64,000 bases of DNA. Source: Centroscyllium fabricii. Lineage: Eukaryota. The stretch is taken from positions 18,538,001 to 18,602,000 of the forward strand of contig JBNRSN020000018.1 of NCBI GenBank assembly GCA_051313645.2, given 5' to 3'. Shown here piece by piece: positions 13,287 through 25,174 of the stretch (its first letter is position 1; each line of letters starts with the position of its first letter). The translations under genes were made by a program, and so were the position numbers. Under the pieces are notes generated by a model that was not told the DNA's origin, searched no databases, and saw only the letters and a list, made by a program, of their open reading frames with translations.

Positions 13287-14274
13287 GTCAGTAAATATTT
13301 ATATTTTCTCAACATATCTTCTCCACGTGGAGCGGGGCCAGCCCCAAAGGCGCTCAATCGCAGGGGGGTGGGGGGGGGGAGTTAAATTAATAACAGTTCG
13401 GTCCTCACGTTAAATAAAGAATAATGCAGGATTAGTAAACCTTTGCTGTGGGCTGCAATCTTTTTCTAATGTCAAGCCGAATTTTGAAATGAAGCTACGC
13501 TCTGAAACCGATCAGAATCGATTTAACAGTTTGATCGGGAATGACTCGATATCAATTATTTGATATAATTCAAGCAAACGATGGTTTTTTTTTTCCCCCT
13601 CTGCGCCGGTTTGATTGGAATTTAGACACGATCCTGAAACATTAATAGAAATAACCTCCAAATGCCCATTCACGTGGGACAACGTGGCAAGCTGATCTCG
13701 GTATCATGTCAAAAAATAAAGAAGCATTTGAGTAAATTTGCCTGATGTGAAACTGATCGCGATGAATAGTGGTTCTGACCTTTAAATTAAATATAGTCAT
13801 AACTTAATTTCAGTCGCATCTTGGAAGATCCTTCCCTACGTTACAGCTGATCGCATCAATATCCACTCTGCAAAGACAGTGGGCATCGCACTGGGTGAAA
13901 TAATCAAAATTAATTCCTATTTGGTTATTATTACAACTGGTGGGGCTCCTTGGCAATGCAGCGGTCTGATCGGGTGTAGATATGCATACAATAAGCTAAC
14001 AATGTTTTATGGTGAGAGACTGATCGGACACTGTATCGGGTGGGGTGGGGGGGGGGGCGCTTTCTACTGTGTTGGAATGGAAACTCAATTAATGGACTTT
14101 GACGGGTGAGAGGGAGAGAGAGAGAGAGTTACAGGTGCAAACTGCAGGCTTTGAACTGCACAAAATATGAAATTGAGCCTGATTAACCCGGCCTGGAATG
14201 TAAAGGTGTCAGAGAACGATCTGAACGCGATGGGTATCGCTGCGAACCCTTTATTTCTTTAAGCCAGATGCTCA

Positions 14275-14402
14275 TTCACCTGACGAAGGGGCAAAAGCTC
14301 CGAAAGCTTGTGATTTAAAATAAAACTGTTGGACTATAATCTGGTGTTGTGTGACTTCTCGCATTTGTCCACCCCAGTCCAACACCGGCACCTCCACATT
14401 AT
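14275..14402 (+). mobile_element. Penelope-like terminal repeat (family A) with hammerhead motif
   Basis: Family body; AACCCTTTATTT duplicated on either side (about 14246 and 14403). Confidence 0.75.
14276..14313 (+). ncRNA. Minimal type I hammerhead ribozyme motif
   Basis: Stem I TCAC/GTGA, core CTGACGA, extra A, stem II GGGGC-AAAA-GCTCC, GAAA, palindromic AAGCTT stem III region. Confidence 0.6.
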
Positions 14403-15017
14403 AACCCTTTATTTAACAAACGAAATATTAATTTTACTCAAAGTGGATATGCTTAGCCCGATTATAACCTAAATATCGTAATTTCTATTTTTGCGAATGG
14501 GTATATTAGAATCCGGCACTGACTCAATCGATGTGGTGTATCGCAGAGGAATTTATTAACGGAATAAGGTTTTTTATTGGGGGGTGGGGGGGCGGAGAGA
14601 GCTTTGGGCAGGTATGTTGCACGGGTATGCTGACAGCAATGGTTCAACGCACCACGGTTGTGTCCGGGTGTCCTCCTTTCTGTTGGCAATGAAGCATTTG
14701 TGCTCAAGTTCTTTAAGGCGGTGAGTGATATTGGCTGCCCCCCCCAGATCTGTTGAACAGAATCGGCGAGGGGCAGAGTGTCACCCGGGAAGGTCGTGAT
14801 TTTAACAGTTTCTCTTCCAACAAAATACTGATCAATTTCATGTCAATTTCACTTTTTGCAGACAGGGGCTTCCTGTCTTCCCCTGGGTAGATCCATCAAC
14901 GGGAACATCTGTAAGTGGAGTGTGGATATGTTTATGTATATGCGTGTGTGTTATATGTGCATATATGTGTTTATTCGTGTTGATGTATATTTATGTGTGT
15001 GTGCATTTGTATATGTG

Positions 15018-15185
15018 TGATGTGGAGGTGCCGGTGTTGGACTGGGGTGGACAATTGCAAGAAGTCACACAACACCAGGTTATAGTCCAACAGTTTTATT
15101 TTAAATCACAAGCTTTCGGAGCGCTGCTCCCAATAAAGCTGTTGGACTAATATACACATGTATAACCTGGTGTTGTGTGACTTCC
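15018..15185 (-). mobile_element. Penelope-like insertion (family A), partly inverted
   Basis: GATGTGGAGGTGCCGGTGTTGGACTGGGG... followed by an inverted partial copy. Confidence 0.7.
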
Positions 15186-15456
15186 TACCTGTGTGTTTGC
15201 GAATACATGCATGTGCAATGTGTGTACATATATGTTTATACATATATGTGTGTGTTTATATGTGGAACTTTTAAAATGAATTCACTAAAGGTTGTAAATG
15301 TGAAGTGGTTCGGATGGAGGTGATGCACTTTGAACCTCTATCGGGGATTTGAATATCCCACTAGTTATCAATTTTAACATAATGTTGCCCATCTACCTGC
15401 TCCCTGTCTGGGGGGCAAAACTGATGGCCAGTCTTCGACATAGCATTGAAAGCCAT

Positions 15457-15638
15457 AATGTGGAGGTGCCGGTGTTGGACTGGGGTGGACAAATGCAAGA
15501 AGTCACACAACACCAGATTATAGTCCAACAGTTTTATTTGAAATCACAAGCTTTCGGAGCTTCTGCCCCTTCGTCAGGTGAAAGAGAGACTGACTTAAAG
15601 AACGCACATAATCTGGTGTTGTGTGGCTTCTTGCATTT
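15457..15638 (-). mobile_element. Penelope-like insertion (family A) with minus-strand hammerhead motif
   Basis: Motif at 15544-15581; TAG(C/T)ATTGAAAG duplicated at the flanks. Confidence 0.75.
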
Positions 15639-16151
15639 TAGTATTGAAAGGGCAGCGAATCACCTTGTCCCCGTGGATCCGGCTCTTAACCCTAGCACCA
15701 GAACGCATCTCATTGCTTTCAGTTTTACTCCGACTTTCGTCTTTTTTTTACATAAAGGACACGGTGGCCGCAATGTGAACCACTCCTCGAACCAGACAAA
15801 GGCGACCCGGCCTGTCTGATGCTATTTGTGGAGCTGCGATCTTGCTGTGGCGTGCAGATCAAAAAATAAGAGGGAAATGAGTGAACACGAACGTATACGC
15901 GGTGCTTCCTTTGAAATCAAACCTAGAACAGATAGCGATCAGTGCGCGGATTGAACTGGCAATGAAACCGCATTTCGTTTAAAACTGCGAAATGGGTCTT
16001 GTTGGGATGTTAAAACATGTCTTAGGAAACAGCAAACGGGTCGCATGGATGGGCCCCGTTGCCCCAGCGGGTCTTGTGAAACTTGACAGAGACGCCGACA
16101 GATAAAGAGCTATCTCATTAACCAGCTAAACTTTGCGATGGAACATGTTCC

Positions 16152-16625
16152 ATTCAATTCAATTCAATTCAAATTTTATTGTCATTGCAGAGTACTAGTA
16201 CAATACAGCGAGACGAAAACTCGACTCTCCCGAGAGTAGTGCAAAGAAAATAAATAAATTACATGCAAAATGCATACAGTAAAGTTCATTATCAGGCGTG
16301 CAGGTACCGAGTTTCTTTTTAGAGTTCAGGAGGCTGACAGCCCTGGGGAAGAAGCTGTTCTGAAATCTAGTCGTGCGGGTGCGAATTGCTCTGTAGCGTC
16401 TCCCGGAGGGCAGGGGGGCGAACAGACTGTGGCTGGGGTGTGTGGGGTCTTTAATAATGTTCAGAGACCTCCATAAGTAGCGTTTGAGGTAGATGCTTTC
16501 CATTGACGGTAGCTGTGTACTGGTAATTCGTTGGGCAGTTTTGACTACTGGCTGCAGGGTCTTCCTTGCCAGACAGTGATGCAGCTTGTCAGTATGCTTT
16601 CTATTGTGCAGCGGTAGAAGTTGGA
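16152..16625 (-). mobile_element. Rex1/Babar-like LINE 3' end
   Basis: Near-identical to 1561-1990; same ORF motif and (TTGAA)n tail. Confidence 0.8.
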
Positions 16626-17995
16626 GAGGATGCGGCCGTTCTTTGGCCCTTGCCATCCCATGGCACTGTTTGCTGTTAAGGGGTTTAGAAAGCACGGTGC
16701 GTCGGAGCAAGGGGATGGCTGCAGGCGCTTTTATTAACACTGTTCTGCATTAAAGATACACATTGTCACCTCTGAGAGGCGATAGGTCCTTCCTGATACT
16801 CGAGGGAGGAAGCACTCGAGTTCAGAATCGACTGTTGCAGTTATCTCGGCGCAGTCATTGGCCGCTATGCCAGGTCGAGTATTGTGCCTGACAAAGTAGG
16901 AGACTAGTCAATAGCTGGGGGCCAGTGCCCCATCTCTCACTCTGTCTACCGTAAACACACCACGATATCGTGGCTGGCGGCTCCGTTTCGGTAAACCGGA
17001 CGATTAAAAAAAAAAGAATAAGCTGAAAGATCCATCAAGTCTTGTAACGGGACGCAGACACAATGCCGAGGCACAATGTTAATGGGCTGGGCTGTAACTT
17101 AGTAGAAAGCATTCACTCTACCTGCTGCGGTGCAACACTCGCTGTGAGGCCAGGATTGTTCTGGTCGCTATGAACGCTTTACGATTTGGTTACAGATAGC
17201 GAACAGAGCAATTCTTCCCCCTCCCCAATAAGACAATGTTAGGACGAGGAATGGCATACCCTCGCTCCGTGATAATACAGATTGTAATCCTGTTTTCAGC
17301 CCAACCCGCGCGCACACACAGACAGACAGACAAGTTGGTTATGATTAATATTTACTGGAATTGTGAAAAAATTCGGTCCAATAATATTCTAGCCTGTTTC
17401 ACGCTTTTCCCTCCTCGGCCTGACATGCCAAAGTGGAAGGACTGATTGCCTTTTCAGAAAACGTCGTTGTGTGCAGATTTATTAAGCTTCTCGCAAAATG
17501 TATACAACGTTGCTTCTACAATCCTTGTCAACCATCGCCCATCAAGCTTTGTGAATGGGATACGGCGTAGAAAGGTTGACATCGGTGCAGTGTCGAGATG
17601 GTCACACACTCAATGTAGCCACAGTCTAGTACATGTATCGCTGACCAGCTTTCTCCTCACTAACTACACGTTGCCCAATTCACACACGAGCTCACCTCGA
17701 AACTCTCCTTGTTTGTTTGTTAAGGTTACTTTAGACGACTTAAGCTTTTTTTAAAAAAACTTGTTTTGGCGAAGAGAAAGCAGACGCGCTAAGAGAAATA
17801 TTGCATTCAGGACCTGCAGCACATGAATGAAGGATCCGACTTCAGACAACGCAAAGCAACGCTCGCTGCCTTATGTTCATAACAAGCCTCAGTTATTGAA
17901 AGAGTGAAACTCACCGGAACTTAACAGTCTGCCACCTGAAATTGACATGTCATTGCTCAACGTGTTCACACACGCAAGGCAGGGACTTAAACACA

Positions 17996-18125
17996 NNNNN
18001 NNNNNNNNNNNNNNNNNNNNNNNNNNNNNNNNNNNNNNNNNNNNNNNNNNNNNNNNNNNNNNNNNNNNNNNNNNNNNNNNNNNNNNNNNNNNNNNNNNNN
18101 NNNNNNNNNNNNNNNNNNNNNNNNN
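17996..18125. other. Assembly gap (130 N)
   Basis: Run of N. Confidence 1.
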
Positions 18126-18408
18126 CACTCACACTCACACTCGCACACTCACACACACACACTCACACACACACTCACACACTTACACACACACACACTC
18201 ACACTCACACACTTACTCACACACACACTCAGACACTCACACTTACACACTCACTCTCACACACTCACTCACACTCACACACACACTCACACACACACTG
18301 ACACTCACTCACACTCACACACACACTGACATACTCACTCACACACACTCACTCACGCACACACACTGACACACTCACTCACACGCCCACACTCACTCAC
18401 ACACACAC
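18126..18408. repeat. Degenerate (CA)/(CACT) microsatellite
   Basis: CACACTCACA low-complexity tract next to the gap. Confidence 0.95.
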
Positions 18409-21400
18409 CCCGTATCCAGATCAGTAAAGGCACATTTTCAGAATATCGGGAACATTGTTTTCTTATGAAAGTATCGCACAATCACTGATTGACCATTTTT
18501 TGCGCTGTTCGGTTCTCTGATTTCGCCTGACCATCAGACTGATCAATTTTCTGATCAAAACACATTTCTCCTCTGCGTGTCACCACTGAACTATAAATAT
18601 ATCAGCGCGGCAACACCTTGACTCCTTCTGTAAGCGATAAATCTGATAAGAATCGAATTAGCACTTAAAGAAGAATGTTCTGGGGAAGAGGGGAGGACAA
18701 TAAATAATCAGCCTGTCCTTACTACCTACACATCTCTGGGTTCCTTTACCCAAACGATTCGCTTGTGAATGTCAGATCCGTTCCATAAATCTGGAAACCT
18801 CCGCGTGTTTATATCAAAGTTGATTTAGAAAGAGCCCAGTCACTAAGCAGATTGATAAAAAGGCGTTGTAATTACAATTTGAAATAGAATGCGACTAACT
18901 AATTCCATTACCTTATTTTTTCATACACGTTTCCTCAAAGGGTTTATAAAAGGCTTTTTTGTTAAAAAAAAGAATAATTGTAATCCATTAGGATAGTAAC
19001 ATATCTAAACTATGTCCGACTTGAAGCACCCTGTCTGTTAGTTACCGGCCAGTCCTGTCCGCACGCACACCTACTCGTTTGAACGGACCTCTAATATTAA
19101 TATGCAGAAGTCAGTCGCTCTATTTTAAGTTATTTTTTTACTGGCTAACATTATTTTCTTCTAACAAATGTGGGAGCTGTCCGCCTCCAGGCTGTGTGTC
19201 CTCCTCGTAACCCTGCGCCTTAGCCAAGGGCTATTTATACAGCTTTACCTGCACAGGGGAGCGGTGATTAAACCAAATATTATATATACTGAGAGAGCGA
19301 GAGAGAGAGACAGACAAAGATCAAATCGAACCGCAAAGCGAGGCAGTGCGACTGTTAGCCGGTTAATTAAACAGTAATGTCAGGCTAGTCAGGATCTGCC
19401 CGCTTACACGTGGTTCATCTCCAATGCGGTGTGTGATCACAGCAGAACAGCAAGCATGTTCTTGAGTCTTTTGAACGAGATCGATGTGAATCGACGGATA
19501 ATGTTCCCCAGGCTATTTTTTGGGGGTTTTTGGTCTCTTTTTGGATCGTTCAACTGGAAAGAGAGAGAGAGAGAGAGAGAGATACCGTTTGCATTTTCAT
19601 TCACTCTTGATCTCTATACTTGAGTGTAACCAGATGCAAAAAGGGACATGAAAACTAGTTCTGCGTTTGTATGTTCAATTGTATATGTCCCTTTTTCTGT
19701 GCTTTGGCAACATAAGATGTATCTTGTCATGCCAATAAAGCAATTTGAATTGAATTGAGAGAGAGAGATATACAATCCACATCAATCGCGGTGGCGCGCC
19801 TTTTAAAATTCAAATCAAATTGAATGCTAGTTTTTTCTCACTCTCCATAATTGGTTTTTTTTTCGCGTTAATTGTTGAAACAATGGCGCCTATTAGCGGG
19901 GTCCCGTCAATCAGAACACACCATGTAAACTGGGCGGGATTACAAGTGACAGCTGAAGCATACTAACCAACCAAAAAAAACCCAGGTCTTCTTCAGACAC
20001 TCCGCATTTCTTAAAGTTTAACAATTGCAGGGGTACAAAGACACATCTGCCGCGTTCAACAGAGAGCGCCAATTGTCACACGCAACAAGTTATTAAAGCC
20101 CCTATTCTTTCAATCCGTCATTTTACCATATTCACCACCGCCCCCCCCCCCCCCCCCAATCGTGTGTGGTCGCCCTCAATAAATTATGGTCCATAGATTG
20201 TAATTATAGTACCGCTGTTCCCGTGTCATCACTCATCCACGGTACTTACTGAGGTCAACTGCTTGGGCTTGTTAAGCTTTGCTTTGCCAAGACCGTACCT
20301 GTAAGTGTTGGGACGCGAGGTCCTTCCTGTTTCATCAGCATTAAGGAATTGGGGGCAGATTGGGCCTGGGCCTGGGCCAATGCTTCGAATAAAATGCTCT
20401 TCTGTACACGACCTGTTCTTACAGTCCAGTGTTAACGACAGGTCACTGTATATACAGCATCTGCTTGGCCTATTCGAGTGCTCGGTGAGACTTCTGATTT
20501 CTGATGAGGTATCATTGCTGTCCTGAGAAGGTTTAAAAACCAAAACCGAGGATGGAAGGTGAGCAGGTTAGTCTGGAGAGAGGGGACGGGAGAAAGAAAG
20601 TGAACAATCTAGGACCCAATGTTGTACAATGGAAAAACTACGCTGCGAAGGAGGCATTCGGCCTCTTTTGAAAGGGACAGTGTCCATTTTATTGTTAAAG
20701 TAGCCCGGCTTTTGAAAGCACACGCATTATTACACATGATATGCTTGCACGGTTATCCAGGTTTTCTGTGCATCAATAGGCAAGGAATTAGCCACAAACT
20801 TGTAAGGCAGAAATCAATCGCCATTTTAACCATCTCCCGCATTCAAAGAAAATACAAAGATCTTTTTTTTGTGGGTGACGTGGGAAAAGTTATGTTTGAA
20901 ACGCATATTGTGCCGGTTCTGTGTGGTAATCATGAAGATTGATTAATTTTTTTACTCTTCGCAAAACCCAGTCATGCTGAATAAACAGGAACTCTATGTT
21001 TAGGGCCAGCACCACAGTGACTAACATCAAAAGGATTCGCGACCTTATTTGGAATTAGGTTGGATTGCTAGTTAGTGCAGCAACTCAAGTCTCTGATCCT
21101 GAAAAAAACAAATGCATTTTCGGCCTCTGTCAAGATTTAATTCAATTCAATTCAATTCAATTCCGTGAATTTTTATCTTTCAGCAAATATTTTTTTGAGA
21201 TGGCGAATAAACAGTGCGCGCACGCCTGTCGGCACCCGGAATCTCCAGCTCTTAGTGGGGGTACAAATTAAACCTTGGAAAAGTGGTCATGTTTAGAAGG
21301 GCATTCATTCTTTAAAAAAAAAATCCAGAACAAATTATTTTGCTCAGAATCAACAATATTTATTTTCTCAGCACTATCTGGCATAGACGAAATGATGGCC

Positions 21401-21956
21401 TCCCCCCCCCCCCCCCATCCCGCACCCCCCAGCCCCCACCTCCTTGCATGTTGTTTCCGGTGGCACGCCAAGCCTTTTAAATATGAAATTCCCTTTGCTC
21501 TGCTCTCTCATTGTACTCGGCTCATTTCCTGACTGTTTATTCAACTAGTGACGTCACGTCAAGTGGCGTCGGCGTGGCTGGGCATTTCAGTGAAGTGCAT
21601 AGTATCAAAAGAGCAACCTCCCATTTTCCAATTACATACTGTCAATCTGTGGGCCAGAACCCGCCAAGCTGGGAATCAGACACTAAATACCACCCCGGGG
21701 CCCTCCTATTCCGAGGCAGTGAAGTGGAATGATTCTCGAATGCCAGTCTACCTGAAAGAGAGAGAGAGAGGGAGAGGGAGAATAGAAAGGGAGGGAATAT
21801 CACCTGTTGCCATCCTTTGCTTGGGTGGGGGGGGGGGGGGGGGCTGGGTTTGGAGGGGGGGAAAAAACATATCTAGGAAAATATTTTTCCCAAACGAACC
21901 TTTTTTGATTTGCTCCTGAGCAAGCTGACCTGCAAAACGCCAGAATATCCTCTTTA

Positions 21957-22342
21957 GGTGGCATAGTGGTTAGCTCTGTTGCCTCACAGCGCCAGGGGCT
22001 CGGGTTCAAATCCAGCCTCGGGTGACTGTGTGGAGTTTGCACATTCTCCCCGGGTCTGCGTGGGTTTCCTCCGGGTGCTCCGGTTTCCTCCCACAGTCCA
22101 AAGATGTGCGGGTTAGGTTGATTGGCCAGGATAAATTGACCCTTAGTGTTAGGGGGATTGAATATGTGGGGTTACGGGGATAGGGTGGGATATGTGTCGG
22201 TGCAGGCTCGATAGGGATCGAGGGATATGGGGACAAGGCAGGGACAGGGTGCTGTGTTTGGATGATCAGCCATGATCTCATTGAATGGCGGAGCAGGCTC
22301 GAAGCGCCGAATGGCCGACTCCTGCTCCTATCTTCTATGTTT
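21957..22342 (+). mobile_element. HE1-like tRNA/V-SINE (tail type B)
   Basis: Pol III A box TGGCATAGTGG, B box GGTTCAAATCC, core, CR1-type tail. Confidence 0.85.
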
Positions 22343-22711
22343 ATTTCCCCAAGTGTTACCGTGTGCTGGTCAGAGGGCAATACACATTTCCCAAGTTTGT
22401 ACGTGTACGTCATTGTACGTGTACAAAGTGCTGTGAAATGCTCAATCGCAACTCCGGATAACAATATATAAAATAGTCATTAATAACTACAAGAAGAAAA
22501 AGGCATTTAATTTTCAGAACCCCTCCTCACTCAATCACCACACTGCACCCTTGTTACATATTCACCGCACTAAGATGTTGCTCAATATATAGAAATGGTC
22601 TGTTTTAACATGAGGCCAGCGTTTGCTCGTCGATAAATTAAAATGAGAAGTCTTTCACGCGTAAAATACCTTGAGTATTCAGAGTGTTTATCCCGGTGTA
22701 ATAAAGAAACC

Positions 22712-22870
22712 ATGATGTGGAGGTGCCGGTGTTGGACTGGGGTGGACAAATGCAAGAAGTCACACAACACCAGGTTATAGTCCAACAGTTTTATTTGAAA
22801 TCACAAGCTTTCGCAGCGCTGTGATTTCAAATAAAACTGTTGGACTATAACCTGGTGTTGTGTGACTTCT
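22712..22870. mobile_element. Penelope-like palindromic insertion (family A)
   Basis: Inverted arms; exact 11-bp duplication AATAAAGAAAC at about 22700 and 22871. Confidence 0.8.
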
Positions 22871-22921
22871 AATAAAGAAACAATCAGTCTCAGGATGGAC
22901 AGAATCTTTTAAAATATAATT

Positions 22922-23357
22922 TTGAGAATAAGGGGCTGCCCTTTCAAAACTGAGATGAGGAGGAATTTCTTCACTCGGAGGGTGCTGAGTCTGTGGAATT
23001 TGCTGCCTCAGAGAGCTGTGGAAGCTGGGACGTTAAATACATTTAAATTGGAGATAGACAGTTTCCCAGCTGACAGGGGGGGAGGGGGTGGTGGAATAAG
23101 GGGTTACGGGGAGTGGACGGCGAGTCTAAGTTCGGATCAGCCATGATCCTATGGATGTCAGAAGTCACACAACACCAGGTTATAGTCCAACAGTTCTATT
23201 TGAAATCTTGTGAACTCCGAAAGCTTGTGATTGCAAATCAAACTGTTGGGCGATAACCTGGTGTTGTGTGACTTCTGACATGGTCCTATTGAATGGTGGA
23301 GCAGACCCGAGGGGCCGTGTCCGTGTGGCCTATTCCTGCTGCTACTTATATTCTTAT
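22922..23357 (+). mobile_element. CR1 3' fragment interrupted by a family A palindrome (23154-23281)
   Basis: RIRGCPFKTEMRRNFF...; tail split with ATG(A/G)TCCTAT duplicated around the palindrome. Confidence 0.75.
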
Positions 23358-23362
23358 TATTG

Positions 23363-23700
23363 ATGATGTGGAGGTGCCGGTGTTGGACTGGGGGGGGGGG
23401 GGGGGGACAACAAATTGTAAGAAGTCACACAACACCAGGTTAGAGTCCAACAGTTTCATTTGAAATCTTGTGAACTCCGAAAGCTTGTGATTGTAGTCCA
23501 ACAGTTTTATTTGAAATCACAAACTTTCAGAGTTCAGAAGATTTCAAATGAAACTGTTGGGACTACAATCACAAACTTTCAGAGTTCAGAAGATTTCAAA
23601 TGAAACTGTTGGGACTACAATCACAAACTTTCAGAGTTCAGAAGATTTCAAATGAAACTGTTGGACTATAACCTGGTGTTGTGTGACTTCTTACAATTTG
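23363..23700. mobile_element. Penelope-like rearranged palindromic insertion (family A)
   Basis: Inverted arms with an internal ~54-bp tandem iteration; TTCTTATTATTG duplicated at the flanks; ends about 100 bp from the first CCAAT box. Confidence 0.75.
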
Positions 23701-23794
23701 TTCTTATTATTGCATTTTGTTTAAAATGTGCCTTTTTTTTATTGACTTTTTTTTGGGACGAACTTAATTGCGGAAGCGAATTGATTAGCGTTTG

Positions 23795-24120
23795 CAGCTG
23801 ACCAATAGTCACAAGCATGTCTTGTCCAACCCTCAAGCTGTGCACCAATCAAGCGCGCCTGGGGAGGAGGAGTTTCCTTGTGACAATGGTGCCCAGGCGC
23901 TCGGCCAATGAGGGGCCGCCGGGGGGGGTGGAGGAGCGGTGGAACAGTGGGAGGCCCGCCTCAGCCAATCGGCGGCGCAGCCCAGGGCGGTCCGGCCAAT
24001 GAGAGGGGCGCTTAAGGGCGGAGCGCGGCGGCGGCGCGGAGGCCGGCAGAAGGAGGTCCCTGATTGGCCGCGAGGGGCTGGGTTGTTTTTAAGTTTCGAC
24101 GCGCCGTGCGCTGAGCCGAC
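23795..24120 (+). promoter_or_regulatory. GATA3 proximal promoter (CpG-rich, six CCAAT boxes, GC boxes)
   Basis: CCAAT at 23802, 23845, 23905, 23965, 23996 and ATTGG at 24063; GGGCGG boxes near 23984 and 24016; sharp GC/CpG peak about 0.9 kb upstream of the ATG. Confidence 0.8.
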
Positions 24121-24121
24121 T

Positions 24122-24347
24122 GGCGCCATCCGCCAGCTCAGAGAGAATGCCTCCACTGTAAAAAAAAACTGGGACCTGGACACAATCTGATCAGTCAGAC
24201 TCTCTCTGTGCCCACACAGCCAATGTGCGCGGCTGATAAAAACTCTCTCAGCCAGCCAGCCAGCAAAAAAAAAGGTTGGTCTTTGCATTCATTCTTTTTT
24301 TGTTGTTGTTGCAAAAATAACAACCCATTCATTTTAAAACCCAAAAG
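24122..24347 (+). other. GATA3: Putative non-coding first exon (exon 1b-like)
   Basis: Follows the promoter; begins GGCGCC...AGAATGCCTCCACTGTAAAAAAAAACTG, resembling my recollection of the mammalian GATA3 mRNA 5' end; donor AAAG|GTATTG at 24348. Confidence 0.55.
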
Positions 24348-24788
24348 GTATTGTAAAATTGTTCTATTACCCCAAATATTGCAGCACTGGATGCATTTAC
24401 GACAAGAAGTATAATTACTGTAATTAAATAGTAGCCGCGTTGAAGCTAATCATTTAGAGGATAATTATTGATCAGGTTAAAGTCTCGGTTTTGGGGTGGG
24501 GTGGGGGGGGGGGGGGGTGGTCGTGCATTCGATACCAAGTGAATCCAGGCGATGCAACTGATAGCTTTTATTTTAAAAATTGTTCCTTGTTAATAACTTT
24601 TTTACCGCATTCAGTGAGGCGAGGCATTCGCCGTTTTAAATTAGTTTCGATTTTTAGATCTGTTTGCTGTTTGATTTTTTGTGTGTGTGTGTGTGTGTCT
24701 CTCGCATTAAAGTGGGGGGGGGGGGTCAGGTGTTACTTTCGTCTGAAGTAATCTTGGTTTTCTTTCCCTCTTGCTCCCCGCTGCACAG

Positions 24789-24939
24789 GTGTATGAGCCA
24801 ACAGCCGCCAAGATCACTCTCTGGATTCTGTAATTTAAAAAAAGACCAAATCTTGGACTTTTAGTATACAGACATATATATATATATATATATACATTTT
24901 TTTTTAAAACCCAAGTTCGTTCGGAAAGTTTTGGTCGCG
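24789..24939 (+). other. GATA3: 5'UTR part of the first coding exon
   Basis: Polypyrimidine tract and CACAG| acceptor ending at 24788; contains a (TA)n run and an upstream ATG at 24793. Confidence 0.6.
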
Positions 24940-25174
24940 ATGGAAGTTGACCAGCCCCGTTGGATGACTCACCATCACTCGGCCGTGTTAAATGGGCAGC
25001 ATCCCGACTCTCACCACCCCGGGCTCGGCCATGGCTACGTGGACACGGGGCCCTATCTCCCGTCCGACGAAGTGGATGTACTGTTCAACATCGACGGCCA
25101 AGCTAACCACGTTGCATCCTACTATGGAAACTCGGTCCGAGCAGCCGTGCAGAGATACCCGCCGCCCCACCATG
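24940..25174 (+). CDS. GATA3: GATA3 coding exon 1 (N-terminal transactivation region)
   Basis: ATG at 24940 reads [31 protein letters not shown]...[32 protein letters not shown], the GATA3 N-terminus; phase-1 donor G|GTAAGT at 25175; 235 nt. Confidence 0.96.

Noticed and set aside
17889-18369. His/Thr-rich ORFs
   Set aside because: Artefact of the N gap and the CA microsatellite.
24931-24939. TTG start given by the ORF track for the first GATA3 exon
   Set aside because: Prokaryote-style start call; the homologous initiator is the ATG at 24940.
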